From Chiloscyllium plagiosum (Eukaryota): a stretch of 64,000 nt of DNA. A program made the translations under genes and the position numbers. The stretch covers positions 20,795,753-20,859,752 of the forward strand of contig NC_057719.1 of assembly GCF_004010195.1 (NCBI RefSeq), in the 5' to 3' direction. This document shows positions 38,926 through 51,500 of this stretch, piece after piece; the stretch's first letter is position 1, and every line of letters begins with the position of its first letter. The notes under the pieces were generated by a model. It saw nothing but the letters and a program-made list of their open reading frames with translations. It did not search any database and had not been told where the DNA came from.

Positions 38926-39524
38926 TTTTGCAACAATTAGTCAAGGGCAGGCTCTCATACCAGCTCTGGGCACGGTCATGGTCAGCTATTTGGTTAGGGT
39001 GGCTTCATTCAAGGGGTCTGTACCTCTGCATGTCAGGGAATGAGTCAGTGGCAGTCCTATGTCTTCATAGGGACCAGTCCAGGGAGGAGAGGAAGGACTA
39101 TCAAAATCACATGTAGCCACCAGCCAGGGCTCTGAAAGCTCTCGGCTCCTCAGGTCACTTGAGAAGGCAGGCCACTGTTGGCCAGACCCACAGAAAATAG
39201 GGGGAGGTGAGCTGGGAGGTAGAGGTTAACAGATGTGGGTGCACGTGGCCAATTTCGATGGGGCCTTGAGAAAGTTGAAATCTGTGGATTTGACAAGATG
39301 AGCATTAGGAAGGGGATGGTAATGTTTGGTGCTCACTGACATGTTTACACTGAGGCTGTAAGCTATGGGCTGAGGACCCTACACTGTCGTCTTCCATTGT
39401 GAAGCAAATGGACAATCAGCACTGGCTGAGAAGATGGCTCCTACCACATTCAGAACGAGCAGGGTAAGTGAGCCAATGTGTGAAGGATGTGGCTACAACA
39501 GCCACAGGTCACTGGGCTTTCACA

Positions 39525-39740
39525 AGGGACTAACACTGCAGCCCAATCCTTCACAGACTGGAGATGCCTCCTACCCAGGTGGCAATCCCTGACCAGGCTG
39601 GTGTGATCTGATGTTGTGCCCTCCTCTGACGGTTCTGCAGGAAGAAGACATCCCTACTCTGGGCTACTTTCTCCATCAGGACCTTCACAATCCAGTCAGA
39701 GAAATGCAGTGCCAACGTCTCCATATCAGGCATCTCCCAA
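39525..39740 (-). mobile_element. PIF/Harbinger Myb/SANT-like ORF remnant
   Basis: LHFSDWIVKVLMEKVAQSRDVFF...AWSGIATWV...RIGLQC resembles the F-S-x-E-L...W-x-x-I/V-A...QC Myb/SANT pattern. Confidence 0.5.
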
Positions 39741-41232
39741 CTCAGTCTCATAAAATTAACAGGGCAGCATCCAGATGCCAGCACTTCTCCAGGTGCATAG
39801 TGGGTTTTCAAAGATGGCGCTGAAGCAAAGGATGCTGATTTTTGGGCTGATATCCTGTGAGTGACCAGTCATTCCAGGAATGAAATGTTCCAGGAATCGT
39901 AATTCACTCACATTAATATTTATTTTGCATATATCTTCCCAAATATTCAATGCTCTCTGCCACTTTCAAAAATTCAATGAACTGTTGGCCTATGGGTAGG
40001 TAAGTGGTAGAAAGCTGTTCTATATCAATCTCTCCCTTATTCTTCTGAACGCCAGTACAAAACACTTGGCAACAAAAGAAAAGAAAAAGGCTGGGTCCTA
40101 AATGTGTCATTTTGCATTGTACTTATAAGTGTATTTTGCCCGGTATCGGATTTTAACTGTGTTGTTCCAACACTTGATTAAGAAGCCTTGAATAACACAG
40201 AAAACATTAAAACCATTGGGAACACCATTGGAAGGGACTATTCGTTTATCTATATTTTTGATCTATTCTGGTAATCTCCTTATTACTTCTATGTTAAAGG
40301 TTTCTCTTATTTCAGACAACTAATTAAAAATAATCAAATGTGACCATTTGTTTGAAAGGTTGATGATGCCTCAGTAGAGTAGGATCAGAAATTGATGTTA
40401 CTTTGGTAGGTTCAGCTTGTATTTTATTGCTAGCTATATCCAAAGACACATTGTAATCAGGAATTTGAGGTGCCTAGAATGGCATAACCAAAAGTACTTA
40501 AGATACAAGTCAACACAAAAAGATCTGAACATTTAATGTTATTATCACTCCTGCCTTTCACCTTAAACAGCAAAAATAGGATGAAATGAATTCACTCCAG
40601 TGTTATCAGTTATGATCTAATCTTGTCACTTAACTATCTGCATCATCCTGTTCCAACTCATACATGAAGTAATCTAGTCTGCGCTTCCTTGAATTTCCTC
40701 CGCTATTCCTTGTACATCCAATACAGTAAAGTAAAGGTATTAACATCAGAAGCTTGCATAATGATTTTGATGATGACACGGTAATGCTTTCAGTCACATG
40801 ATTGCAGTGGAAGAGAGCAGAGCTTTAACATTGCGTGAAGGTAATGGGCAGAATTTTCACTTGCCTGGTGTGACGTGGGCAATAGTGAGGAAGTTGGAAA
40901 AATACGATGAGAATAACAAAGTCAGAATCTTGATAATCAGGAAAATGTTTTGCAATATTCCCTTTTAACTTTAGTTGGCAACTTAATTGTATTTACATGT
41001 CATGAATTGTCCAACTTGTTTGATTTTTACACCAATTAAAATTCTTCTCTCCGTCCCTGAAAAACAAAATTCCTGACACGCAAGTCAGATTAGGCACTTG
41101 GCAGCTTTATGATTTATCCTGGCCATTATCCAACTGTGCCTTCACCACAATGTCCCTGTATGGTACATAGGCACTACCCTCATCCACATTTTGTCCATGC
41201 AACTTGGCAACAGCAGATACCCAGCCTCGGCT

Positions 41233-41508
41233 GATTAGATTTGATTCCCTACAATGTGGAAACATGCCCCTTGGCCCAACAAGTCCACACCGACCCTCCG
41301 AAGAGCAACCCACCTAGACCTATGGTGACTAATGCACCTAACACTATGGGCAATTTAGCACATCTTTGGACTGTGGGAGGAAACCTCAGTTGTTAACGAA
41401 ACCAACACATATAAAACCATGCAGACACAGACAGTCTGAGGTGGGAATTGAACGCGGGTCTCTGGTGGCGTGAGGCAGTAGGGCTAACCACTGAGCCACT
41501 GTGCCCCC
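41233..41508 (-). mobile_element. HE1-type SINE, rearranged interior
   Basis: (gatta)n tail, cccaacaagtccacaccgaccctc, tRNA head ctaaccactgagccactgtgccc. Confidence 0.85.
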
Positions 41509-41739
41509 TAAAGCAATCCAGGCTTGTTGTGTTGAGCATAAATGCTTAACACACCGAAGCGCATCCAGCGACTCGAACGTATGGCAGCGGTGGGATAATG
41601 AGATGCATGCGTAGTGGCAGATTGAGAGCGCATGGTGGTCCTGTGAGAGTAAGCTGGCATTTATCCTGTAGAGCACAGAAGATCATTTGAACAATCCTGC
41701 ATGTTGAGAGTTCCTTTTAACCCAGATCATAGGACTGCC

Positions 41740-41880
41740 CTGGGTTCAGGTTGGCGATGACTGGCGATGCTGCCATCCTGCGGGTGTCAGCTGGAAAAGG
41801 AACTGCACTCCTCTTCACTATCCTACTGAGCAACACCTCGAGATCCCTTTTCATAGAATGTGAGATTTTCTCTATGGACT
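41740..41880 (-). mobile_element. Second Harbinger-like Myb/SANT remnant
   Basis: Minus strand RDLEVLLSRIVKRSAVPFPADTRR resembles the pattern at 39525-39740. Confidence 0.35.
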
Positions 41881-42959
41881 GTGCCGTCACTGATACGGAA
41901 TGAATGCAACCATGTGATTCGCAGTTTCTGAAGCATGCTTAAACTATGTTGCCCATCGGGTGAGTGCCAGAATGTCTGAGCAGTCAGAAGCACTTCTATC
42001 TCTCCTGCTGTGGTTCCATGTGAGCTTGAATGCCTAATAAATGACGCTAAGAGTGGATGATTGGGTGAGTGATGTCACTGTGGGATATGGTGGACATTCA
42101 TGAATCGTATCTCAACAAACATTGAAATGAAAATGAAAACGTTCTGTCAAATGTGTTGATAGCTCAACCTGTAAGTAAAGAGTTCTTCCAGAAAATTCCA
42201 CAGACTCAGGAAGCATTACTTTGTGAGGCCAAACAGAGTTGGACTCAGCAAACCATGACAACAGCAGAAAAGAAAAAAATACCTTAAAATCAGCTACTGA
42301 AGCAAACCGCCTGATCAAGGATTTGTTTTCTTTCTTGAACTCTCACATGATGCCAGGGGTCATTCTGATAACAGCAGAAAGCTGGGAAAGATAAACTAGA
42401 AATGATCCAAAGCCACAATAAGCAAGTGGACGTGATAGACAGTGAAACAGTTCCAGGACTCAAGAGAAGCACAAAAACTAACCTAGAAACATTGCAGGCC
42501 AATGAGAGACCATATTAGGCCCAGAGATGGGAAGAAAAGATTCACCAGCTATGGAACTGCTTGCGGATTAGAGGGTCAGAGTTCAGGTCAGTCAATTACA
42601 CTGCAGGAACCATTGTTATTGATATATGAGCAAAATAGTGCTTTGGTGGGGACAGAGCATAGCAAGAAAAGTTATTCTGGCTGTAATTGATGTTGACACT
42701 TCAACATGTGATGTTGAAATTTAATTATTGAAGGGGTGACATTTAATAGGAGAAACAGAGGCCATGGTAAAGCATGGAATCACTCATTAATGATTTTTTA
42801 AGGTTGACAGAGAATCACTCTTGTGAAGGGTTGCTGGTAGAATTGATTTGCAAATAGATCTTTGGAGGACCAGACATGGCCAGTCAAACCACCATCTGCA
42901 AGCCAGAGAAGGTAATAATATCAAAGGTAGCAATGCAGATTCTTCAACTGCTGGAAAGG

Positions 42960-43375
42960 AACTCCAGAAACGGTTGTTTCAAGCCCAAAGGTGGCCCACT
43001 AGGGAAAAAAAAAATGACTGATGGAATTCAAATCCAAGGCTGCATTGGAAAAAAAACATTTGCAAAAGCCACCACTCTGAAATGAAAATAAATGCATCAG
43101 TCACTATTATAATGTGCCAAATGGAAGGAATGTCTGCGGGTCTGACATAAAATAGATCATCGTATCGCAGCCTGTAGTTTCAAAACATAGACAACTGGAA
43201 AACGAAAGGAAAGGTCCTGACAGCTTCACTATGAGCAAAAGGTTGGAAAATATCAAGATCATAAAAAAAACCTTTTGAGGAAATCAATGATTCTGAAAAC
43301 ATTTAATAGATGTTAATTTGGAAATAATGGGGACCCTACAGGGTTTAAATTAGATACTTTAGTTGGAGGTATTCT
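42960..43375 (+). mobile_element. Possible Gypsy gag-protease remnant
   Basis: VNLEIMG...FKLDT (FKLDTGA-like) preceded by a weak C..GKK.FAK knuckle-like stretch; frameshifted. Confidence 0.3.
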
Positions 43376-43383
43376 CATTATGA

Positions 43384-43722
43384 TAGAATCATAGAATTGC
43401 TACAGTGTGGAAGCAGGCTATTCAGCGCATCGAGTCCATACTAACCCTCCAAACAGCATCCTACCCAATCTCTGTAGCCTTGCCTTTCCCATGGCTAATC
43501 CAGCAAGTGTACACATCCCTGAACACGATGGGCAATTTAGCATGGTCAATCCATTTAACCTGCACTCCTCGGTCTGTGGGAGGAAACCAGAGCACTTGGA
43601 GGAAACCCACGCAGACACGGGGGGAATGTACAAACTCCACACTAACAAACCCACGGGTAATTCAAACTTGGGTCCCTAGTGCTGTGAGGCAGCAGTGTGA
43701 ACTACTGAGCCACCGAGTCACC
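43384..43722 (-). mobile_element. HE1-type V-SINE
   Basis: gggaggaaaccagagcacttggaggaaacccacgcagacacggggggaatg V-domain (reverse). Confidence 0.9.
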
Positions 43723-43944
43723 CCTGTCACTGGGGGGCACTCGTAACATCACTGGCAGGAGTGGCGGGAGGGAGGAGGAGTAAGTAATAGGTGGAGATGA
43801 CACCCAAACAGCAAGAGCAACAGTTGGACAGATAAAAGAATGGATAATGGTAGCCTGGGGGAGATCAATAGCTGTTTATTGGGAGAATTGGTAGCTGGCA
43901 ATGTGATGACATGACCTGGTATGTGGATGCTGGGGTAAGGACAT

Positions 43945-44432
43945 GGGAGAAGTTGCTTGGTCCAAAAGCCCATTCTAATGCTGTGGGGCATGGGTTTAAA
44001 TCCCATCATGGCAGCTACTGGAATTGAAATTCAATTAATAAATCTACAATGAGTGTCAGGAATGGTGACCATGTAATTATTGCCATAAAACCCCAGCTGG
44101 TTCACAATTTTCCTTAAAGGAAGAGAATCAGCCTTCCTTACCTAATGGGAGAAAATGAGGACTGCAGATGCTGGAGAGTCAGAGTCAAAAAGGGTGGCAC
44201 TGGAAAAGCAGATCCGGCAGCATCCAAGGAGCAGGAGATCCTGCCTCATCCTCAGGTGCTGCCTGACTTGTTCTGCTTTTCCAGTGCCACACTTTTCGAC
44301 TCATCCTTACTTAATCTCTGATCTGGCCTACATGTGCCTCTAGGCCGACAGCAATATGGTTAACTCTAACCAGCCTTTGGAGAAAGTCTAGAAAGCCATT
44401 CTGGTCAAAGAACAATTAGGAATGGGCGATGT
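43945..44432 (+). mobile_element. tRNA-headed SINE (family of 4948-5268) interrupted by a PLE palindrome
   Basis: gggtttaaatccc B-box, aattcaattaataaatct, tail caattaggaatgggc. Confidence 0.65.
44147..44303. mobile_element. Fold-back family-A PLE element with the central ribozyme region deleted
   Basis: Inverted arms gtggcactggaaaagca / tgcttttccagtgccac; TSD tccttacctaat / tccttacttaat. Confidence 0.8.
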
Positions 44433-45557
44433 TTGGTTTGTTCTAAACCAGCACATCTATGCAAGCACTGCAGTATTCATTTAAGCGCATAGTAAACAAA
44501 CAAAAATATTTCAGCGCTCCTTTGCACATTAAATGGCTGCCACAGTTTGCAAATTACTGACCGCTCAGAATCAAAGCACTTGAAGGACATCATTTATCAA
44601 TCGTAATGAATGTCTGGCAGTGGGATGCAGAGCAGTAATTGAATCAGGGAGTTCTAATGATATAATTACACAAACAATCACTCTCATGGTTTACCAATTT
44701 GCCAGAGTGTTGAAATTCAGTGAATGCTTCTTACCTATAAATCCTATTTTTTTTATAATATGATGTGCAAACAATGAATCCAAAAAGAGATGTCTCAACA
44801 TTAAAGTAGCAATTGATTCACTATGATATCAAGGAATCCGAGACAAACTGAGCTTACTGGCAGCCAAAGAGAAAATACAGTGGCTGGAGTCATAGACATA
44901 ACAAAAGACTGCAATAGATGTCAGAGGCCATCAGAGCTCCTCAATACTATTAAACAATGTGACAACTCATTTCACCTATTTCACCAATTATCCTCCTTGG
45001 ATCAAATGTTCAGACATTACTCATTTATTATGTCAGCACTGACTGATATCTCCTTTGATAATACAGCAACCCAGACCAGGTTATGGCAGGCCAAGACAAA
45101 TTCAAACTATAGCAGAAACTTAACAAAGTAATATGACAGCACATAAGTAACTGCAAATGACCATTCTGGCAAGGAAAAGTTGAACTGCTGACCTTAATCT
45201 TTAACATCAGTAATATTGTTGTTCGAATCGATATCTTGTGGGACTCAACAATTACCAGAAGCTTAGATGGACCAGCCATATCAACACAGTTAGCAAAACA
45301 ATTGCAAAAGCTAGAAACTCAGTGGTGATATGGTTCCTCCTGACTCCTCCACCATTTGCCAGGCTGAAGTCAGGGTAATAATGCAATATTCATGCGTTTC
45401 TTACGTACGTGCAGCTGAAACATCAAGGAGTTTGGCACCATCTCGAGCAAAGTAATTTAATTCATTGGTGGACTGTACATTGTGGCAGTGTAACAAACTG
45501 AAAACAATACAATGATTTTTGTGTTACATCAATTGTGACAGGATTAATTATAAAATC

Positions 45558-45815
45558 CTGACAGCATGGAAAGACACCATTCAGTCTACCCCAATGCTCT
45601 GAACAGCAACCCACAGAATCAAACCTGCCCCCACACTCATTATGGCTGATTCATTTAACCTGATTATCTTTGTACTGTGGGAGGAAACCAGAGCACCCAG
45701 CAGAAACAGAGAGAACATGCAAACTCCACACAGACAGTCACCCAAGGCTGGGATTGAACCCAGGTTCCTGGCACTATGAAGCAGCAGTGCTAATCACTGA
45801 GCCACCATGCCACCT
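45558..45815 (-). mobile_element. HE1-type V-SINE, decayed
   Basis: tgtgggaggaaaccagagcaccc...aaactccacacagacagtcaccc. Confidence 0.8.
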
Positions 45816-46230
45816 GTTAATGCAGCAGAAGTTGGAAACAAAACATGGGACTCACTATTCTATATGATAGTATCAGTATACAGGAGATTGAGAGTGGTAA
45901 GGTCAGAAATAAGGTTTCAAGGTCGCAAGAGGGCACCGGCATGCAAGAAGTTGATTTGAAGTGTGTCTACTTCAACACCATGAGCATCCAGAATAAGGTG
46001 GATAAACTTGCCGAATGGGTTGGTACATGGGACTTCGATGTTGTGGTTGTTTCAGAGACAGGGATAGAGTAGGGACAGGAATGGTTGTTGCAGGTTCCAG
46101 GATTTAGATGTTTCAGTAAGAACAGAGAAGATGGTAAAAAAAGGGTGGTGTGTGGCATTGTTAATCAAGGACAGTGTTACGGTGGCAGAAAGGATGTTTG
46201 AAGACTCGTCTACTGAGGTAGTATGGGCTT

Positions 46231-46362
46231 GGTATTCCTGATGAAGGGCTTTTGCCCGAAACATCGATTTTACTTCTCCTCGGATACTGCCTGAACTGCT
46301 GTGCTTTTCCAGCACCTCTAATCCAGAATCGGGTTTCCAGCATCTGCAGTCATTGTTTTTAC
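46231..46362 (+). mobile_element. Family-A PLE terminal unit nested in CR1
   Basis: attcCTGATGAagggcttttgcccGAAAcaTCgat...ccagcatctgcagtc. Confidence 0.85.
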
Positions 46363-46464
46363 CTTACTTTACAAACAGGAAAGGAGAGGTCACCCTGTTG
46401 GGAGTTTTCTTTAGGCCTCTAAATAGTTCCAGAGCTGTAGAGGAAAGGATAGCAAAGATGATTC

Positions 46465-46767
46465 AATAGCCAGAGAGACTTTTCCCCAGGGCAGGATTGA
46501 AGACATTAGGAGGAAGGTATAAAGGAGACATCAGAGGTAGGTTCGTTATGCAGAGAGTTGAGAATGCATGGAATGCATTGCCAGCTGAGGTGGTGGAAGC
46601 GAAGTCACTGGGGACATTTAAGCGACTGCTGGACATGCACATGGATAGCAGTGAGTTGAGGGGTGCGTAGGTTAAGTTACTATATATTACATTAGGATTA
46701 AGTCTCGGCACAATATCGTGGGCCTAAGGGCCTGTTCTGTGCTGTACTTTTCTATGTTCAATGTTCT
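46465..46767 (+). mobile_element. CR1 3' fragment nested in CR1
   Basis: Matches 1065-1359; 7-bp TSD atgattc (46458-46464 and 46768-46774). Confidence 0.9.
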
Positions 46768-47503
46768 ATGATTCTGGATAGGAGCGAGAATAACAGAGTA
46801 GTTGTTATGGGGGATTTAGCTTTCCAAATATTGACTGGAAATACTATAGGTCAAGTACTTTAGATGGGTCAGTTTTTGTCCAATGTGTGTAGGAGGATTT
46901 CCTGGCACAAAATGTAGACAGGCCAACATTGGGCAAGGCCACATTGGATTTGGTACTGGGTAATGAACCCGGCCAGGTGGTAGATTCGCAGGTAGGTGAG
47001 CACTTTGGTGATAGTGACCACAATTTGGTTATGTTTACTTTAGTGATGGAAAGGGATAGGCATATACCGAAGGGCAAGAGTTATAGCTGGGGAAAAGGCA
47101 ATTATGATGCAATTAGGCAAGATTTAGGATGCAAAGGATGGGGAGGAAAACTATAGAGGATGGGAACAATTGAAATGTGGAGCTTATTCAAGGAACAGCT
47201 CCTGCATGTCCTTGATAAGTATGTACCTGTCAGGCAGGGAGAAAGTTGTTGAGCGAGGGAGCCGTGGTTTACTAAAGAAGTTGAAGCTCTTGTTAAGAGG
47301 AAGAAGAAGGCTTATTTTTGGATGAGTGGTGAAGACTCAGTTAGGATGCTTGAGAGTTACAAGTTAGCTAGAAAAGACCTAAAGAGAGAGCTAAGAAGAG
47401 CCAGGAGGGGACATGCTAAGTCGTTGGTAGATAGGATCAAGGAAAACCCTAGGGTTTTCTACAGGTATATCAGGAACAAACAAATGACTAGAGTAAGATT
47501 AGG

Positions 47504-47629
47504 AGGAGAACGTGAGGTCTGCAGATGCTGGAGATCAGAGCTGAAAATGTGTTGCTGGAACAGCGCAGCAGGTCAGGCAGCATCCAGGGAACAGGAGAAT
47601 CGATGTTTCGGGCATAAGCCCTTCTTCAG
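47504..47629 (-). mobile_element. Family-A PLE terminal unit nested in CR1
   Basis: TSD gattagg (47497-47503 and 47630-47636); minus strand CTGAAGAagggcttatgcccGAAAcaTC. Confidence 0.9.
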
Positions 47630-48329
47630 GATTAGGGCCAATCAAGGATATTAGGGGGAAGTTGTGTGTGGAGTCAGAGGAGATAGGGGAAGCAATAAAT
47701 GAACACTTCATCAGTATTCACACTGGAAAAAGATAATGTTGTTGAGGAGAATACTGAGATACAAGCTACTAGTCTAGATGGGATTGAGGTTCACAAGCAA
47801 TAGGTGTTAGCAGTTCTAGTAAGTGTGAAAATAGATAAGTCCCCTGGGCTGGATGCAATTTATCCTAGGATTCTCTGGGAAGCTAGGGAGGAGATTGCAG
47901 AGCCTTTGGCTTTGATCTTTATATCATCATTATCTACAGGAATAGTGCCGGAAGACTGGAGGATATCAAATGTTGTCCCCTTGTTCAAGAAGGGGAGTAG
48001 AGACAACTCTGGTAATTATAGACCAGTGAGCCTTACTTCGGTTATGGGTAAAGTGTTGGAAAAGGTTATAAGAGATAGGACTTATAATCATTTAGAGAGG
48101 AATAAGTTGATTAGGGATAGTCAACACAGTTTTGTGAACGGTTGGCCATGTGTCACAAACCTTATTGAATTCTTTGAGAAGGTGACCAAACAGGTAGATG
48201 AGGGTAAAGCAGTTGATGTGTTGTATAGGAATTTCAGTAAGCCATTTGACAAGGTTCCCCATGGTAGGCAATTACACAAAATACGGAGGCATGGGACTGA
48301 GGGTGATTTAGCAATATTAATCAGAAATT

Positions 48330-48644
48330 GGGGCGGCACGGTGGCTCAGTGGTTAGCACTGCTTCTCACAGCGCCAGTGACCTGGTTTCAATTCCAACCT
48401 CGGGCGACTGTCTGTGTGGAGTTTGTATATTCTCCCCGTGTCTGCGTGGGTTTCCTCTGGGTGCTCCGGTTTCCTCCCACAGTCCAAAGATGTGCAGGTC
48501 AGGTGAATTGGCCATACTAAGTTGCCCGTAGTGTTAGGTGCATTAGTCAGAGGGAAATGTGTCTAGATGGGTAACTCTTCAGAGAGTCGGTGTGGACTTG
48601 TTGGGCTGAAGGGCCTGTTTCCCTACTGTAGGTAATCTAATCTA
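48330..48644 (+). mobile_element. HE1-type V-SINE nested in CR1
   Basis: tRNA head, full V-domain, (taatc)n tail. Confidence 0.92.
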
Positions 48645-50120
48645 AAAAAAGTCAGAAGGTGGAGGTTGATGGGAAATATTTATCCTGGAGTTCAGTCATG
48701 AGTGGTGTACCACAAGGATCTGTTTTGGGTCCACTACTGTTAGTAATTTTTAATAAATGACCTGGATGAGGGCGTAGAAGGATGGGTTTGTAAATTTGCA
48801 GATGACAGTAAGGTAATTGGAGTTGTGGATAGTGCTGAAGAATGTTGTAGGTTATAGAGGGATATAGCTTCAGAGTTGGCTGAGAGGTGACAAATAGAAT
48901 TTATTGTGGAAAAACGTGAGGTGATTCACTTTGGAAGGAGCAACAGGAATAAGAGTACTGGGTTAATGGTAAGATTCTTGGTAGTGTAGATGAACAGAGA
49001 GATCTCGGTGTCCAAGTACATAGAATCTTGAAAGTTGCGATCTAGATTGGTAGGGTTGTTAAGAAGGCATATGGTGTCTTAGCTTTTATTAGTAGAGGGA
49101 TTGAGTTTTAGAGCCATGAGGTCATGTTGCATCTGTACAAAGCTCTGGTGTAGTCGCACTTGGAGTATTGGTTCTGGTCACTACATTATAGGAAGTACGT
49201 GGAAGCTTTGGAAAGGGTTCAGAGGAGATTTACTAAGATGTTGCCTGGTATGAAGGGAAGGACTTATGAGGAAAGGCTGAGGAACATGAGACTGTTTTCA
49301 TTAGAGAGAAAAAAGGTTGAATAGTGACTTAATTGAGACACATAAGATAATCAGAGGGTGAGATAGAGTGGACACTGAGAGCCTTTTTTCTTGGATGATG
49401 ATGGCTGGCACGAGGAAACATAGCTTTAAATTGAGGGGTGATAGATATAGGACAGATGTCAGAGGTAATTTCTTTACTTAGAGAATAGTAGGAGCGTGGA
49501 ACAGCCTGCCTGCAACAGTAATAGACTCACCGACTTTAAGGGCATTTAAATGATCATTATTAGATATATGGATGAGAATGGAATAGTGTAGGTTAGATAG
49601 GCTTCAGATTAGTTTCACAAGTCGGCATAACGTCGAGGGCCAAAGGGCCTGTGCTGCGCTGTAATGTTTGATATTCTGTGTTCTATCTATCTATTAATCT
49701 GTCAATGAGGCAAATGTACTCTCCTTTTACCAAGGGGAAATTGGTAAAATCTTGTGTTTTTTCAACAAGCCATAAAAAAGGCAGCATTTAGATTCCTTTC
49801 TATCTAAATACAATTGACACAAGGTGGAAGATGACAATACATGTGAGTACAGATGGTACTGTGAGGTCAATGTCAAACAATTTTCAATTAATCTGCTCAT
49901 GCTTGGTAAGTGGTTGGCTTCTCTCAGAAATAATGACAGACATTGAGGTTTGTCTGTGTTTGTTTTTAATATGGCACCTCATAGAATGTGAGGCTGCAGA
50001 AATCTCAACGTGAACAATGATAGGCAGCAAATGGGACTGTGGGCCATCCAAATATTTCCACCCAATTTTGAAATACATTGTGGCTTTCTACTCCACCTGA
50101 GCAGAGCAGCAGCATAATGG

Positions 50121-50534
50121 ATTGGTTCTTGGTCAATTTGCCCAAGCTGGTTGATTTTCTTGCAAGCGTTTCGTCTCTCTCCTGGGTGACATCTTCAGTG
50201 CTGTCATGTCTGCAGATGGGGTCGGTTTTGACATTTTTGTTTATGGAACCAATGGGTGAATACGGGTCTCCAGTAATTCATGGAGGAAATAGACCCTCAT
50301 CTACAGACCACTCCAGCACAAAACTGGAAACAAGAACCACCTGCCACAACTGACAGAACCAGATAAATTCAGGACAAAAACCATATCAACAACATTTCTT
50401 CTGGATGCTACACAGCACTGAAGATGTCACCAAGGAGGGAGACAAAATGTTTGCAACAAAATCAACCAGCTCAGCAAACCACCAAGGACTTCAACCATAA
50501 CCTGAGCTACAGGTCTTCACTAAAATCTTAAAGA
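50121..50534. mobile_element. Fold-back non-autonomous PLE (family D), two degenerate hammerhead cores
   Basis: Cores at 50162-50201 (-) and 50415-50454 (+), GCA CTGAAGA T GTC...GAC; 10-bp TSD agcataatgg (50111-50120 and 50535-50544). Confidence 0.82.
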
Positions 50535-50562
50535 AGCATAATGGCAACATTAATGGTACAGA

Positions 50563-50762
50563 GTTAAAAACCACACAACACGAGGTTATAGTCCAACAGG
50601 TTTATTCGGAAGCACTAGCATTCGAAGCTCTGCTTCTTCACCATCTGATGAATAAGCAGTGCTCTGAAAGCTAGTGCTTCCAAATAAACTTGTTGGACTA
50701 TAACCTGGTGTTGTGTGATTTTTAACTTTGTCCACCTCAGTCCAACACTGGCTCCTCCAATT
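50563..50762. mobile_element. Fold-back PLE-derived element (family E)
   Basis: Arms ggttatagtccaacaggtttatt / aataaacttgttggactataacc; core cat CTGATGA...GAAA GC TA gtg at 50642-50676; TSD cattaatggta(c/t)aga. Confidence 0.85.
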
Positions 50763-50977
50763 CATTAATGGTATAGAAATCCAAACATGAAAACTAATCT
50801 GCCAGGAAAGTAAGTTTGAATCCAAACATCAATTAATCAAGTAAAGTTGATATAAAAAGCTAGGCTCAGTAATGGTGATCATGAAACCAACAGATGTCCT
50901 AAAATCTAGGCACAGAAATCTTCAGCCAGAAGATCCAGATCCTAATTACAAATTGATCATACATTGCATAATGTGTT

Positions 50978-51500
50978 ATAGAGTCATAGAGATGTACACC
51001 ACGGAAACAGACCCTTCGATCCAACTCGTCCATGCCAACCAGATATCCCAATCCAATCTAGTCTCACCTGCCAGCACCTGGCCCATATCCCTCCAAATCC
51101 TTCCTATTCATATATCCATCCAAATGCCTCTTAAATGTTGCAATTGTACCAGCCTCCACCACATCCTCTGGCAACTCATTCCATACACGTACCACCCTCT
51201 GCATGAAAAAGTTGCCTCTTAGGTCTCTTTTATATCTTTCCCCTCTCAACCTAAACCTATGAGAGTAGTTTGTAGTAGAAGTGGCAGATGGAGTTTAATT
51301 TAGAAAAATGTGAGGTGCTGCATTTTGGGAAAACAAATCTTAGCAGGACTTCTACACTTAGTGGTAACATCCTCAGGAATGTTGCTGAATAAAGAGACCT
51401 TGGAGTGCAGGTTCATAGCTCCTTAGAAGTGGAGTTGCAGGTAGATAGGATAGTGAAGAAGGTGTTTGGTATGCTTTCCTTTATTGGTCAAAGTATTGAG
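50978..51500. mobile_element. CR1 insertion with inverted 5' segment
   Basis: 50978-51260 is a CR1 3' end on the minus strand; ~51270-51500 is an upstream RT segment (KWQMEFN..KCEVLHFGK) on the plus strand. Confidence 0.85.

Larger units (their letters stand above)
45880..49686 (+). mobile_element. CR1 LINE with nearly complete but disrupted ORF2 (APE endonuclease plus RT) and 3' UTR
   Basis: CVYFNTMSIQNK...VSETGI, VVMGD, LDLVLGNE, GDSDH, KSPGLDAIYPRIL, GNYRPVSLTSV, FDKVPH, GVPQGSVLGP, KFADD; four nested insertions. Confidence 0.95.

Noticed and set aside
42100..42700. Purine-rich coding-like stretch on the plus strand
   Set aside because: Multiple stops and frameshifts with no identifiable domain; may belong to the adjacent putative Gypsy relic.
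47804..48520. 238-aa ORF as a gene
   Set aside because: It is CR1 RT reading into an inserted HE1 SINE.
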